A stretch of DNA of 63,479 bases, counting the filler, from Octopus bimaculoides (taxonomy: Eukaryota): the NCBI RefSeq assembly GCF_001194135.2. It is 8 parts of 8 records of this genome, joined end to end, with 100 filler letters (N's around TTAATTAATTAA, not from the genome) between each part and the next. Parts side by side here need not be neighbours in the genome. Positions count along the whole stretch, not along the records: positions 36,387 to 41,847 come from NC_068997.1; positions 41,948 to 51,092 come from NC_068984.1; positions 51,193 to 56,861 come from NW_026410986.1; 5 more parts are not named here. One strand, written 5' to 3'. The position numbers and the translations under genes were made by a program. Below the pieces are notes generated by a model that had not been told where the DNA came from, made no database searches, and saw nothing but the letters and a program-made list of their open reading frames with translations. Positions 40,890 to 54,665 of the stretch are shown one piece after another; the stretch's first letter is position 1, and each line of letters opens with the position of its first letter.

Positions 40890-40926
40890 CTGTCCGATGA
40901 ACGGAACGTGAAACTCCGAGTAACAG
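40890..40926 (+). ncRNA. Hammerhead-like motif, variant core CCGAUGA (right arm of palindrome)
   Basis: CTGT-CCGATGA-ACG(GAA)CGT-GAAA-CTC-C-GAG-T-A-ACAG. Confidence 0.5.
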
Positions 40927-41174
40927 TCTTTTGTTATATTTCTGCTGCTTTTAAATAAAGTATATATATATATATATAGTTTTTGGAAAGCAATGTCGAT
41001 TTTTAATATTCAGTAAATAATAGTAATAATATTTTATAAGCTAAGAGCTTATAAGCGATCATTGTGTAATGACTAGAGTATATAAGTCGTCGGCATAAAA
41101 AAGTATGGCTTTCTGTACGCATGGGGCTCACGGCACTTTGCTTTCGCGACAAGTCTGATACCTTTACATAAACG

Positions 41175-41242
<68 letters not shown>

Positions 41243-41947
41243 TAACGGGCTTCTTCGGAAATTTTCGTCGGCTCGGAGTTATAGAAGATGACACTTAACC
41301 GAAAAGTCACGTAGTGAGACTGAATTCGAGACTTTGCATTTGAGAATCAAACTTCTAAGCAGTTCTTGCATCGATATATAGAAAAAACAATGTCGATTTG
41401 TCAAGAGACATTGCTATGGGATTGAACTGTGAACCTCGGGATTATGAATGAAACTCTGTAACCATTCGGCTATGTCGGTGTCCGTAGATAGATAGATAGA
41501 CACGCACACACTCACACACACAAATATTCATATATATACACACACACACAAACATAGAAGTAGTGTAAGAAGACAAAGACATTCAATAGATAAACATAAG
41601 CACGTTTCTGTTTGGTAACAAATTTTGTGTATGTGGTACAACATGTTTTCACGCCTCATTAGAGTTTCCCTGTGAGTTTATCTCATTGTACACTTGTCAT
41701 TACAGAATTTTATCTTTCAGCTCCTTGTAAATCTATTCAAAAGCAATACCTTTTCTGAACTATCCACACAAAATCTTTATATCATTTACGCGGCTTATTT
41801 ATTCAACATCAGAATATGCACATTCGTATATATATATATATATATATNNNNNNNNNNNNNNNNNNNNNNNNNNNNNNNNNNNNNNNNNNNNTTAATTAAT
41901 TAANNNNNNNNNNNNNNNNNNNNNNNNNNNNNNNNNNNNNNNNNNNN

Positions 41948-42011
<64 letters not shown>

Positions 42012-42739
42012 TACTGAATTTACATTCATATGCCATTATACAAGCTCATACTTTATAGGTGCTATATAATTGAATATTTTTCAGCTATAACAGTGCGTGG
42101 GCGCTATACATTTTATCAAGTGATGGTCACCAGTGGAACAATCTTTTATAATTCCATCAGCTAGTTTCAGTTGTTTAGTTCCGACGTTGTACTGAACAAT
42201 AAACTTCAAGAATATCATGACATAAACAGCATCATTCTTTCGAACTGTACCTTTGCCTCCTGCTGAACAACGAAAGCATCAATAGAAACAACAACAACAA
42301 CAGCAACAACAACATTAACAACAACAAACAACAACAACAACAACAACATACTTCAATGATGATGTATACTATCAACACAAGAATAACACAAATGTAGGTA
42401 GTAAATATAAAAAAAAAGAAGATGGTAAATAAACAGCAAGAAGAACAACATTCACCATTCCATCAATAGCGTTTCTAAAATCGAAACAATCACAACGGCA
42501 GTAATCTACAAAAAGTCTATTAACGTAACAGCCACAACAACAGCAACAGCATGTGAAAAGACAGCAAGTGTATCTATGGTCTGTATTAAACAGAAAACAT
42601 CCAAATTTAGCACCTTACTTAAGATCTTTGAGAGAATCACGCTAAATTACGTTAAATCACGCCATATTATCTTCCATTGCCAGGAAAATGTACTTAGGTG
42701 AGATTATTGATTACACAGGTGTGCAGTTGATTGTTACAC

Positions 42740-43290
<551 letters not shown>

Positions 43291-43887
43291 TTAAAGAGAG
43301 AAATAGTAATGGAAGATGAAGATGGTATAGTAACATACCCAATATACTCGTATATTTAGCCACTCGTTCATCTGTTGTTATATCTCTCAGCACAATGTTT
43401 ATGCAGTATTGTGGGGGATGGGGAGGCGATACAATTATGGAGAAAGGAGGAGGGGTAAACCTCTTATAGCTACACAAATGTTGTTCGGTTAAAAGCAAAA
43501 TACAAATTTATAACTGACAATATAAAAAGCCCCGTTCTTTATTGTAGATTTAAATTTTAATTCGAGCAAATTCGAGCTACAACACGTCCTCATCAGGTAA
43601 GAAGAAAGAAATACTTTGAGTTGATATGTGTGGTCAATGCCCACTTTTGTTATGTGACTAACATGTCCATCCACTAAACTAATTTACCTTTGAAAATCAG
43701 TTTTCTGTAGATTTCTAAAAGCACAAAGCAATGCTCATATTTTGAGCATCTATCGGCCCTAGAGATGTTCCCGGCATGTTTGCCTATGTTGATATATGGA
43801 ACTTGATGGAGTCGGTCAATGATGAGTTACGAACACATTTCCATTAGACAGGAGAATATCCCTGTTAGACATATATGTGTGTCTATA

Positions 43888-43924
43888 ATCATCATCATCA
43901 TCATCATTATTATTATTATTATTA

Positions 43925-43961
<37 letters not shown>

Positions 43962-43986
43962 CATTATTATTATTATTATTATTATC

Positions 43987-44037
<51 letters not shown>

Positions 44038-44070
44038 GTTGTCGCTGTTGTTATTGTTATTAATATTATT
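43888..44070. repeat. (ATC)n/(ATT)n microsatellite
   Basis: Direct reading. Confidence 0.95.
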
Positions 44071-44988
44071 ATCATTATATGAAAACTCACAGCTTATTTT
44101 GCTGGCTATGATGGTATTATTGTTGAGATCGTTATATTTATTATTATTTACTTCATACCCACATCACATGACTGATATTTTATTTCATCGAGCCCGATCG
44201 CATATATATAAAAGTAAAACAGGGGCGCCATTACGAAGACAAACGATCTTATGGTCACCTGTGTTGGACAGTGTTCAGCATGATGCGGTCAAGGTGCTGC
44301 TAAGGCCGTCTCCTTCAATCTGGTATAAAACAAAAGAATGGTGCCAAGTCAGCTTATTAGAGGTAAAGTAATGATATATTAAAATTACAATAAATCGAGG
44401 CACTTATAAACAGTGTCTTCAAATAAAATGTCTCAGACCTTCGGAAGTGCACTTTGCATACACACACACACATATACTCACACACAAAATCATATTCACA
44501 TATACATACATACGTACGAATGTATGTATGTATGTATGTATGTATGTATGTATGTATATATATANNNNNNNNNNNNNNNNNNNNNNNNNNNNNNNNNNNN
44601 NNNNNNNNNNNNNNNNNNNNNNNNNNNNNNNNNNNNNNNNNNNNNNNNNNNNNNNNNNNNNNNNNNNNNNNNNNNNNNNNNNNNNNNNNNNNNNNNNNNN
44701 NNNNNNNNNNNNNNNNNNNNNNNNNNNNNNNNNNNNNNNNNNNNNNNNNNNNNNNNNNNNNNNNNNNNNNNNNNNNNNNNNNNNNNNNNNNNNNNNNNNN
44801 NNNNNNNNNNNNNNNNNNNNNNNNNNNNNNNNNNNNNNNNNNNNNNNNNNNNNNNNNNNNNNNNNNNNNNNNNNNNNNNNNNNNNNNNNNNNNNNNNNNN
44901 NNNNNNNNNNNNNNNNNNNNNNNNNNNNNNNNNNNNNNNNNNNNNNNNNNNNNNNNNNNNNNNNNNNNNNNNNNNNNNNNNNNNNNNN

Positions 44989-45030
<42 letters not shown>

Positions 45031-45534
45031 ATATATATATATACTCAGCTGTTCTATGTACATTATTATGGTATTTTTATCGCTTTAACTTTACGTATTT
45101 TGTCTAACTCCACAGAAGCCAAGCACCCATTCATCAGATTTTTATGGATAAGATCATTGAAATCATAATATACGTAATTAGTGGAAATTCATGCAGATAA
45201 AGTGGTATCTGTTATTTCTTTGACATTCATATTCATAATTCTGCTGCTTTTGTTTAGGAAGAAATAATGATTATCGTTTTAGTAAATCTGGTTTTATCAA
45301 GATTACGTTTTATCGCATCATACGTCGAGAATTAAAACTTTCATTAATGCGGAAACGTCTTTATTGTGAGATGTCCTGTGACGTTTAATGGTCAGCACCT
45401 TAGCACAAATATCGGCACTTAGATGGTCGCACACATAGCTACATCCATAAACGTACAATGACCAAGATATATGTATGTGTGTGTACGTGTGTGTAGGCTT
45501 GTGCGCGTGTACGCATGGATGTATACTCTTTTTA

Positions 45535-46005
45535 CTCTTTTACTCTTTTACTCTTTTACTTGTTTCAGTCATTTGACTACGGCCATGCTGGAGCACCGCC
45601 TTTAGTCGAGCAAGTCGACCCCNNNNNNNNNNTGACTACGGCCATGCTGGAGCACCGCCTTTAGTCGAGCAAGTCGACCCCAGGACTTATTCTTTGTAAG
45701 CCTAGTATTTATTATATCAGTCTCTTTTGCCGAACCGCTAAGCTACGGGGACGTAAACAAATCAGCATCGGTTGTCAAGTGATGTGGAAGGAAACACAGA
45801 CACACAAACACACATATAAATATATATATACATATAGATATATACGACGGGCTTCTTTCAGTTTCCGACTACCAAATCCACTCACAAGGCTTTGGTCGGC
45901 CCGTGGCTATAGTAGAAGACACTTGCCCAAGGTGCCACGCAGTGGGACTGAACCCGGAAGCATGTGGTTGGTAAGCAAGCTACCTACCACACAGCCACTC
46001 CTGCA
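45535..46005 (-). mobile_element. SINE family A, full-length
   Basis: Tail, core and head recognisable; the tail is duplicated across a 10-N gap (artefact). Confidence 0.8.
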
Positions 46006-46085
46006 CCTATATGTATATGTCTATATAGATATATGTGTACATACACTCACATACACACACACACGCATATATATATATATATATA

Positions 46086-46800
46086 TGAGGGAGAGTCAAA
46101 AGTTATACGCTGTCTTGTTTTTTCAATGTATTTAAGCAAAAGTAGGGATAAACAAGTACGTCACTTCTGTATGTAGTCCCCTTCCTTTTCGATGCGTAAT
46201 CCCTCCAAGAAGGTTTACGGTTGGTCGTGCAACCATTTATGCACCGCTTCCTTCAGCGCTTCGTCCGTAGGAAATCGACGACCACGTAAACCCTCTCTGA
46301 GCAGTCCAAGTATATTATAGTCAGAAGGGCGAGCTCTGGGTGTTCCACCGCCTCAAAACCCAATTGGTTAATGGTTTCACCGGTGTGGGAGGCCATGTGC
46401 GGGCATGCATTGTCATGCAACAACATAACTTTCTTCGAAATAGGCTCTGCTGTTTGGTGCAAATTGCTGGCTTCAGCACTGTCGATCATACACCCCTTTT
46501 CCTGGTAATCTTCGTCGGTTCACCATTACCATCTCCCGAGCTTGCTGAATCTTCTCGTCAGTGGCGTCCTGGTCTCTCTTCGTCCGTCACGCATGTCCGG
46601 CCACTTTTAAACTTCTCGTTCCAATCATACACATTTCTACGTGGTAGCACCCTGTCTCCGTATTGTGCTAAGAGCTTCCGATGAATTTTACTGCCTGACA
46701 CACCTTTTGACCAGAGAAATCGGACCACTGCTCTTTGTTCATCTTTTGTGTCTCTATACTGAAAGTGTTTCGCCTTTCGTGTGATGAGATTTGCTTATAA
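46086..46800 (-). mobile_element. Internally deleted mariner transposon
   Basis: Minus-strand HTH TKDEQRAVVRFLWSKGVSGSKIHRKLLAQYGDRVLPRRNVYDWNEKFKSGRTCVTDEERPGR, then a deletion, then KKVMLLHDNACPH..FEAVEHP. TIR-like end TA-tgagggagagtcaaaagtt at 46084. Confidence 0.85.
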
Positions 46801-47359
46801 TTACTGCTCCCACGAAAGCCATTCGGATTAGCCGAGAATATTGTATTTTGCGCCCGTAATTCTGTGCAACACTTTTACCTAGATTACCTATACGGGTCCA
46901 CCACTCATGTTAGCCATTTTCATTTGTTTAATCTGTTTTGTAATGATGCAATTTTTCATTGCCCCCAAAAATTATATATGTAAACATTTTGTCAACAGAT
47001 AAAGGAGATTTTGTAAGTTATTCTCTCATACCTGTACTTCTGAAGCTTTTGTAATAGGCCCTAAGTACTTAAAAGATTTTGGTCCACTCCTCCTATATTT
47101 GTAATTCAAAATATATACAATAATGAGTCATAAAATAAATTATTTGTCAATATGAAACAAATCTAACAGAAAGATGGAAAATAATGTTTATTTTTGTATA
47201 CTTCCACTTTATTTATATTTGAAAAGTTTCCTCCCACTTTTTACAATCGCAAAGTCTTTGAACATATCCTCAAAATTAAACTCATGTGGTAGAGATAAGG
47301 TATCCCGAATATTATTTTAGCAAGTTTAAAGTGAAATTACTTTGTGCCGTAAGCCATTC

Positions 47360-47695
47360 ACCATTTCTTATTTCTTTATTGCCCTCAAGGGGCTAGACAT
47401 AGAGGGGACAAACAAGGACAGACAAAGGGATTAAGTCAATTACATTGACCCCAGTGCGTAACTGGTACTTCTTTAATCGATCCGAATGGATGAAAGGCAA
47501 AGTCGACCTCGGCGGAATTTGAACTCAGAACGTAACGGCAGACGAAATACCACTAAGCATTTCGCCCGGCGTGCTAACGATGTTGCCAGCTCGNNNNNNN
47601 NNNCGGCGGAATTTGAACTCAGAACGTAACGGCAGACGAAATACCACTAAGCATTTCGCCCGGCGTGCTAACGATGTTGCCAGCTCGCCGCCTTC
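47360..47695 (-). mobile_element. SINE family B (part duplicated across a gap)
   Basis: aaaggcaaagtcgacctcggcggaatttgaactcagaacg...gccagctcgccgcctt. Confidence 0.8.
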
Positions 47696-48089
47696 ACCAT
47701 CTCTGTGATACCCCACCCTACACTTAATGCCCTAATCACATGCTTATTTTGCTTCTTTAACGTTAATCCAAGGCTGTGTTGTCGTATCCTGATGAGATCC
47801 AACAGACCGAAGTAAATGTCTATAATTGTTCAAGTAAATATCTATGATTATAACAGTCCATCGTACATTGGTTATTGTGTATATGTAACGCATGAAATTT
47901 TATGAATCTAGTTTTTGAATCTATGCAAATAGAGATCATATTAGTTCTCGCATTTTTTTTCTTTTACTTAGCGCATATCATATGTTGCTCTATCTCAGGT
48001 TATTGAACACTGTCGTGATATTTATAATCATATACAAATAAAGCATAGCTTTATATATATATACATATTATAATATACAATATGATATT

Positions 48090-48525
48090 AAGGTGGCGAG
48101 CAGGCTGACACGTTAGCACGCCGGGGGGGAAATGCTTAGCGATATTCCGTCTACCTTTACGTTCTGAGTTCAAATTCCACCGAAGTCGACATTGCCTTTC
48201 ATACTTTCGGGGTTAATAAATTAAGTACCAGTTGCGAACTGGAGTCGATCTAATTGACTGGTCGCCTCTCCAAAAATTTCGAGCCTTGTACCTAGAGTTA
48301 AAAAGGATATTAAGGCATCGAGCTGGCAGAAACGTTAGCACATCGGACGAAATGCTAACCAGTATTTCGTCTGTCTTTACGTTCTGAGTTCAAATTCCAC
48401 CTAGGTCGTTTTTCCTTTCATCCTTTCGGGGTAGATAAATTAGGTACCAGTTGCAAACTGGGGTCGATGTAATCAACTGGTCACCTCTCCTAAAATTTCG
48501 GGATTTGTACCTTGAGTAGAAAAGA
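48090..48525 (+). mobile_element. Two tandem SINE family B copies
   Basis: Units at ~48090-48300 and ~48310-48525. Further copies at ~49085-49410, 54340-54730, 55860-56055 and 56770-56860. Confidence 0.8.
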
Positions 48526-49459
48526 ATATGTAATACGATATTTAGTATTTTCTTAAAGAACTAGAACATCGTAGAATTATTCCGCATTTACACTCCTACG
48601 GATGTTGTGAGTACACAAACACCACACTTATTTTCACTTTTAAGCGTCTTCTGCTGCTTCCTTCCTTCAATGAAAATCCAATCACACCGAGTCACTAGGA
48701 ATTATAAATGATTATAAATGATTATACCAGCTTTATTTATATTCTCAGGATTGAGTTCTCATCAAACTTCAAAATCCGATCCTCTGCTCGCTCATCAGAT
48801 TTTATTACGAATTTCAGTTCAAATATATCACGTTGTTTGCACGGTATTTCCAATTTTGAATCAATTGATAAATCAGTTTTGTCTTTCTCAACATGTGATG
48901 CATTTTTCGATGTCATCGAAAATTGGCTGATTGATTTGTGGTTCGAATGCAAGAATATCTACTCAGATTTTTACATTTTGCAATGTTTCGATATGAAATC
49001 CCAAAGCTGAAGATTTAGCGTTTCATCATTTTTGGATTTTTATAAATAAAATACCAAGACAGGATAATGGATAACCGTAATATTGGTTTTAGATTTTGGT
49101 ACAAGGCCAGTAATTCCGATTACCGTGACCCCCAATGTTTAAATGTTATTAATTCTATCGACCCCAAAAGCTGACTTCCGTTGAATTTGAACTCAGAACG
49201 TAAAGACGGACGAAATACAGTTTGGCACTTTGCCCAGCAACAAGCGATTCTGCCACCTTACCGACGTAGAGATAGCTGTAAGGGTGGTTTCAAATTTTGG
49301 TGCAAGGGCAACTAATTCGAGGGAGGGGAAGGCGGTTAGATTGACCCTAGTGTACGACTGGTACTTATTTTATTGATCTTGAAAGCAAGGTCAACCTCGG
49401 CGGAATGGATAATTATATTAGCGTGTCGGACAAGATAGTTTGAGATAACTGCTTCGGCT

Positions 49460-49508
<49 letters not shown>

Positions 49509-50473
49509 CACATATGATTAGATATATATAAATACATGCATTTATGCATACATAATTGGACTTGGGACACATGTCGATTAGTACATCGAAGTGGTCCTCG
49601 TGCTGAATAAAGATNNNNNNNNNNNNNNNNNNNNNNNNNNNNNNNNNNNNNNNNNNNNNNNNNNNNNNNNNNNNNNNNNNNNNNNNNNNNNNNNNNNNNN
49701 NNNNNNNNNNNNNNNNNNNNNNNNNNNNNNNNNNNNNNNNNNNNNNNNNNNNNNNNNNNNNNNNNNNNNNNNNNNNNNNNNNNNNNNNNNNNNNNNNNNN
49801 NNNNNNNNNNNNNNNNNNNNNNNNNNNNNNNNNNNNNNNNNNNNNNNNNNNNNNNNNNNNNNNNNNNNNNNNNNNNNNNNNNNNNNNNNNNNNNNNNNNN
49901 NNNNNNNNNNNNNNNNNNNNNNNNNNNNNNNNNNNNNNNNNNNNNNNNNNNNNNNNNNNNNNNNNNNNNNNNNNNNNNNNNNNNNNNNNNNNNNNNNNNN
50001 NNNNNNNNNNNNNNNNNNNNNNNNNNNNNNNNNNNNNNNNNNNNNNNNNNNNNNNNNNNNNNNNNNNNNNNNNNNNNNNNNNNNNNNNNNNNNNNNNNNN
50101 NNNNNNNNNNNNNNNNNNNNNNNNNNNNNNNNNNNNNNNNNNNNNNNNNNNNNNNNNNNNNNNNNNNNNNNNNNNNNNNNNNNNNNNNNNNNNNNNNNNN
50201 NNNNNNNNNNNNNNNNNNNNNNNNNNNNNNNNNNNNNNNNNNNNNNNNNNNNNNNNNNNNNNNNNNNNNNNNNNNNNNNNNNNNNNNNNNNNNNNNNNNN
50301 NNNNNNNNNNNNNNNNNNNNNNNNNNNNNNNNNNNNNNNNNNNNNNNNNNNNNNNNNNNNNNNNNNNNNNNNNNNNNNNNNNNNNNNNNNNNNNNNNNNN
50401 NNNNNNNNNNNNNNNNNNNNNNNNNNNNNNNNNNNNNNNNNNNNNNNNNNNNNNNNNNNNNNNNNNNNNNNNN

Positions 50474-50534
<61 letters not shown>

Positions 50535-51021
50535 TTGTGTGTGTATGTGTGTGTATTTGTGTGTTGTATGTATGTGCGATGTGTATTTGTAATACAATAT
50601 ATGTATATATTTCCTTAAATATATTTTTGGGAATATTTTAAAGTATATAATTACAAAAATGTTATTATAATTAAGGACCAACGCCAGTACGCTAGAAATA
50701 GATGCCAAATGTCTATAACTCACTCTAAATCTGTTATCTATTTGATTTTAACACAGAGTTCGAGGGAGTGGGAAAGAAGCTTTCTAGAATTTGTAAATTC
50801 ATATGAATATATATATCTGTTATACTATATATTTAACATTTCTATGTGTATATACATGTATATAAATACATACACACACGTCTCAGAATCCATCTGTATA
50901 TACAAAAATTCACATGGACACACAGAGATACATGCATATACCTATATATATATTTACGTGCTAAGTTACGGGGACGTGAACATGCCAAACATCCGTTGTC
51001 AAGCGATGGTGAGGAGACAAT

Positions 51022-51092
<71 letters not shown>

Positions 51093-52565
51093 NNNNNNNN
51101 NNNNNNNNNNNNNNNNNNNNNNNNNNNNNNNNNNNNTTAATTAATTAANNNNNNNNNNNNNNNNNNNNNNNNNNNNNNNNNNNNNNNNNNNNTGTGTGTG
51201 AGTGAGTGTTTACATCTATGTTAGTATCTATGTTTGTTCCCTACCCCTGCTTGACAACCGGTGTTGGTGTGTTTACGTCACCATAACCTAACGGTTTGGC
51301 ATAAGAATAGGTTAGTACGAGGCTTAAAAATAAGTACTGGAGGAAGATTCATTTGACTAAGATTCTTTAAGGCGATGCTCCAGCATGGCTGCAGTCTAAT
51401 GACTGAAACAAGTGAAAGAATAAAAGAATAAAAGAATATAATTTTCGTAATTGGAGGTTTAAAAAATAGTCAGATAACGGTGGTATAGTCTACTTAGTTA
51501 AAAGATGTTATATTTTTGTAACTAATTATTATTAGGAATTGTCTTTTAGTTCTTTCAGTCATTTGACTGTGGCCATGCTGGAGCACCGCCTTTAGTCGTG
51601 CAACTCGACCCCAGGACTTATTCGTTGCTGCATTTACCATTTGTCGCTTTTGCACCACTCAGGTGACAACCCTCCACCCCATGGGTCTGTTTAGGTAGTC
51701 GTTGCTGGTGAGGGTTTTACGAGGCTGGAGTGCAAATCCTACCTCAACCTCTTTTAGTTGCCTAGGAAACGCAGAGGAAACGTTGAGTCTATTCTTTGGC
51801 AAGCCGGTCTCCATACAGCATTAGATCAACATGAAATGAAATGTTTTGTTCAAGAACACAACACGCCACTTGGACTCGGAATCGAACCCACGATCTGACG
51901 ATCGAGAGTGCACAACCTTAAATACTAATCTACGTGCCTTCACATTGACGGGAATAATTTAATTGTCTTCTCTTCTGTTGAAGTGCCACGTAGTCGGCGA
52001 CGTAAATTTTATTGATTACCAATTGAAAAACATTAACAAACCAAATAAGAAGGGTTACTAAAACCCAATAGGCCCAAAACAAAAGGTGTGAAAAGTCTGA
52101 AGAACTCAGCACAAAGTCAATGAATGCATATCTAGGATTAGAACACTGAAACATAGAAATACCTGACTCGATCAGTAAAACCGAGATCAACTTTAACTTT
52201 CATTCTTTCGGGATAGAAATAAAAGACATGTTGTAATGTAGCGGCGGTGCAAGAACGTCGGTCTAGGTGATTTGCTATCTTTGTTCTGAAGTTTTGCGTT
52301 CTGGCCGGTACGTTTTGATGGTAGACTTAACACGCTGTCCTGTTTAACAGCAGCACCTGAGCTTGACTTCTTGCAGAGACTACTGTTTTACAAGTACTGG
52401 GGCCAGATTTCCAGTTTGCTGGTAACTTCTTCCTTTCCTGTCACTAAAGCGAAGTCATATATATAGTGTACTGTTCCGTGATAGTAAGATTAACAAAAAA
52501 AAGTACTCCATCTGGTGAGAAATAAATATTATTTAAAAAACAGAATGTATGTTTTTTACGTGCTA

Positions 52566-52676
52566 CTACTAGTTTCGTGTGCTGAGAGCATGCGAGACAG
52601 TACTTTTTAACACGTCTGGTATCCTAGCACAATCATCGTGCACTGCCTACATGTTCTCAGCACATGAAACTAATGG
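52566..52676. mobile_element. Small TA-flanked MITE-like hairpin
   Basis: tagtttcgtgtgctgagagcatg / catgttctcagcacatgaaacta (21/23), extendable inward; TA on both outer sides. Confidence 0.5.
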
Positions 52677-52714
52677 TATCACATAAAAACATATATTGTG
52701 TTTAGTGAATAATA

Positions 52715-52820
<106 letters not shown>

Positions 52821-53450
52821 ACCTTCTTACCTACCTACTTACCTACCTACCTACCTATCTACACACATACATACGTACGGACATACATACATACATACGT
52901 ATATACATATATACACATACGCATACATACATGAATACATGCATGCATGCGTATGTGTATATGGGGGCTGTATGTATGCTGTTCTGTATACACTTATCTC
53001 AATTTCACCAGACGCTTTGTGTTTCTGAAATGCCAACTGCAATAACTTGGTGCTTTCATGTTAAATAATCTCTGTTAGATTTATCTTCTTGAAAAGCGGT
53101 AAAATTTCGACCATATTATATTTCTTAGAAGTATTTAAAGTTCACTAACACCCATGAGACATGATGAAATTGTAAATGATGACATGACAGGGAAAGATTA
53201 ATGTTGCTAGCCATATTTTAACATTTCATATTTCACTAGTATTAGTTAAGGTCTAGTCTTTATGGCTTCATTGTTAATGTGTTTTCCACATTTTGTTGTT
53301 TTCCATACAATGCAAATGTCCGTGGTGAAGCTTTCCTGATATTGCTTCATCGTTTTATCAAAGTAATTTTAAATTTCCGGTTTATTAAATCCATCATTCA
53401 TCTCTCGAATCTTTCGATCGCTGTATTTTGTGATAGTCATCTTGTATTGT

Positions 53451-53493
<43 letters not shown>

Positions 53494-53584
53494 TATGCAT
53501 ACACACGCACGCACACGCACACATATATACATGCATATATATATACATATATATAGGTATACATATATACACACACGCACACAT

Positions 53585-53616
<32 letters not shown>

Positions 53617-53688
53617 GCATACACACGCGCGTACACATATATATACATATATATAATACACACGCGCACATACATATGTATATATTCA

Positions 53689-53727
<39 letters not shown>

Positions 53728-54149
53728 ACATACACACACACACACACACACAAACGCACACTTGGACACAGATTGTTTAGGCTGAAATCGAACTCGCGAA
53801 CTATATTTTTATGACATAATTTTCGCTTAGTAATGATCAGTTTATATGCATTACATCAACGTGGTGCAGGTGAAAGATATTGTCTTATGACACCTGAATT
53901 AACACACTCTAGCCAAGCAGGGTGGAGGTACACTTACCTGTCAACTGTAAGACAATCCTCAGGAAAGCAGAAATTATATCTTCGTCTGCTGTACGTCAAA
54001 CGCTTCTGTCTTTGCAACGTGCAAGAGAGCTTTACCAGACGGTCTCTACAAACCTTGCTCAAACGTCCTACTCACAACTCTTCCGCTTGAGAGTTATTTT
54101 GCATTTACTGTCTGTTTTACTTTCACTTTAACACAACACTCCTACCAGC

Positions 54150-54216
<67 letters not shown>

Positions 54217-54499
54217 AGCACACACACACACTGTTTATACACATGCGCATGTCCAGTACATCTTTTCTGCGGTTCCGCTGCTTGTAGTTGTTAAGTTACT
54301 TAACTGTTCTAATTACCTGAATCTAACCAAGAAATTCTTGTTCGGCTGGCTGGCTGGCTGGCTGGCAGAGTCGTTAGTGCGTCGAACAATATGCTTAGCA
54401 GCTTTTCTTCTGTTTCATTACATTCTGAGTTCAAATCCCGCTGAGAATAACCTTTCTTTCTATTCTTCCGTGGTCGATAAAACAAAGTACCCGTCAACT

Positions 54500-54665
54500 T
54501 GTTATGACTCAACGCTACTGCCATCTAGCACCTTCGGATGATCTCTACTCAACTGCTATACAACTGCTACTCGACTGCTACTCAACACACCTAGCACGGC
54601 CAGACTACCTCTATTTATATGTCTTGGGAGATCCTACTTCTTCGCCTGGGGGCGTCGACACAACA
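54500..54665 (+). mobile_element. 166-bp solo LTR nested in a SINE B copy
   Basis: TGTTATG...CACAACA termini, 5-bp target duplication CAACT (54495-99, 54666-70), internal 11-bp periodicity; homologous segment at ~35675-35760. Strand is nominal. Confidence 0.65.

Larger units (their letters stand above)
40741..40963. mobile_element. Head-to-head inverted pair of Penelope-like terminal repeats between (TA)n tracts
   Basis: Arms 40811-40885 and 40890-40963 are inverted copies (70/75, 4-nt loop TATT); each carries a hammerhead-like motif and ends in (TA)n. Confidence 0.55.

Noticed and set aside
43560-43605. Minus-strand CTGATGA followed by GCTCGAAT
   Set aside because: No consistent helix II, III or UH site.
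45574-45681. 49-bp exact direct repeat
   Set aside because: Flanks a 10-N gap; unmerged contig overlap.
47510-47690. ~84-bp exact direct repeat
   Set aside because: Flanks a 10-N gap; unmerged contig overlap.
47785-47830. CTGATGA-GATC..GACC-GAAG, hammerhead-like
   Set aside because: GAAA is broken and there is no convincing helix I or III; at most a decayed copy.
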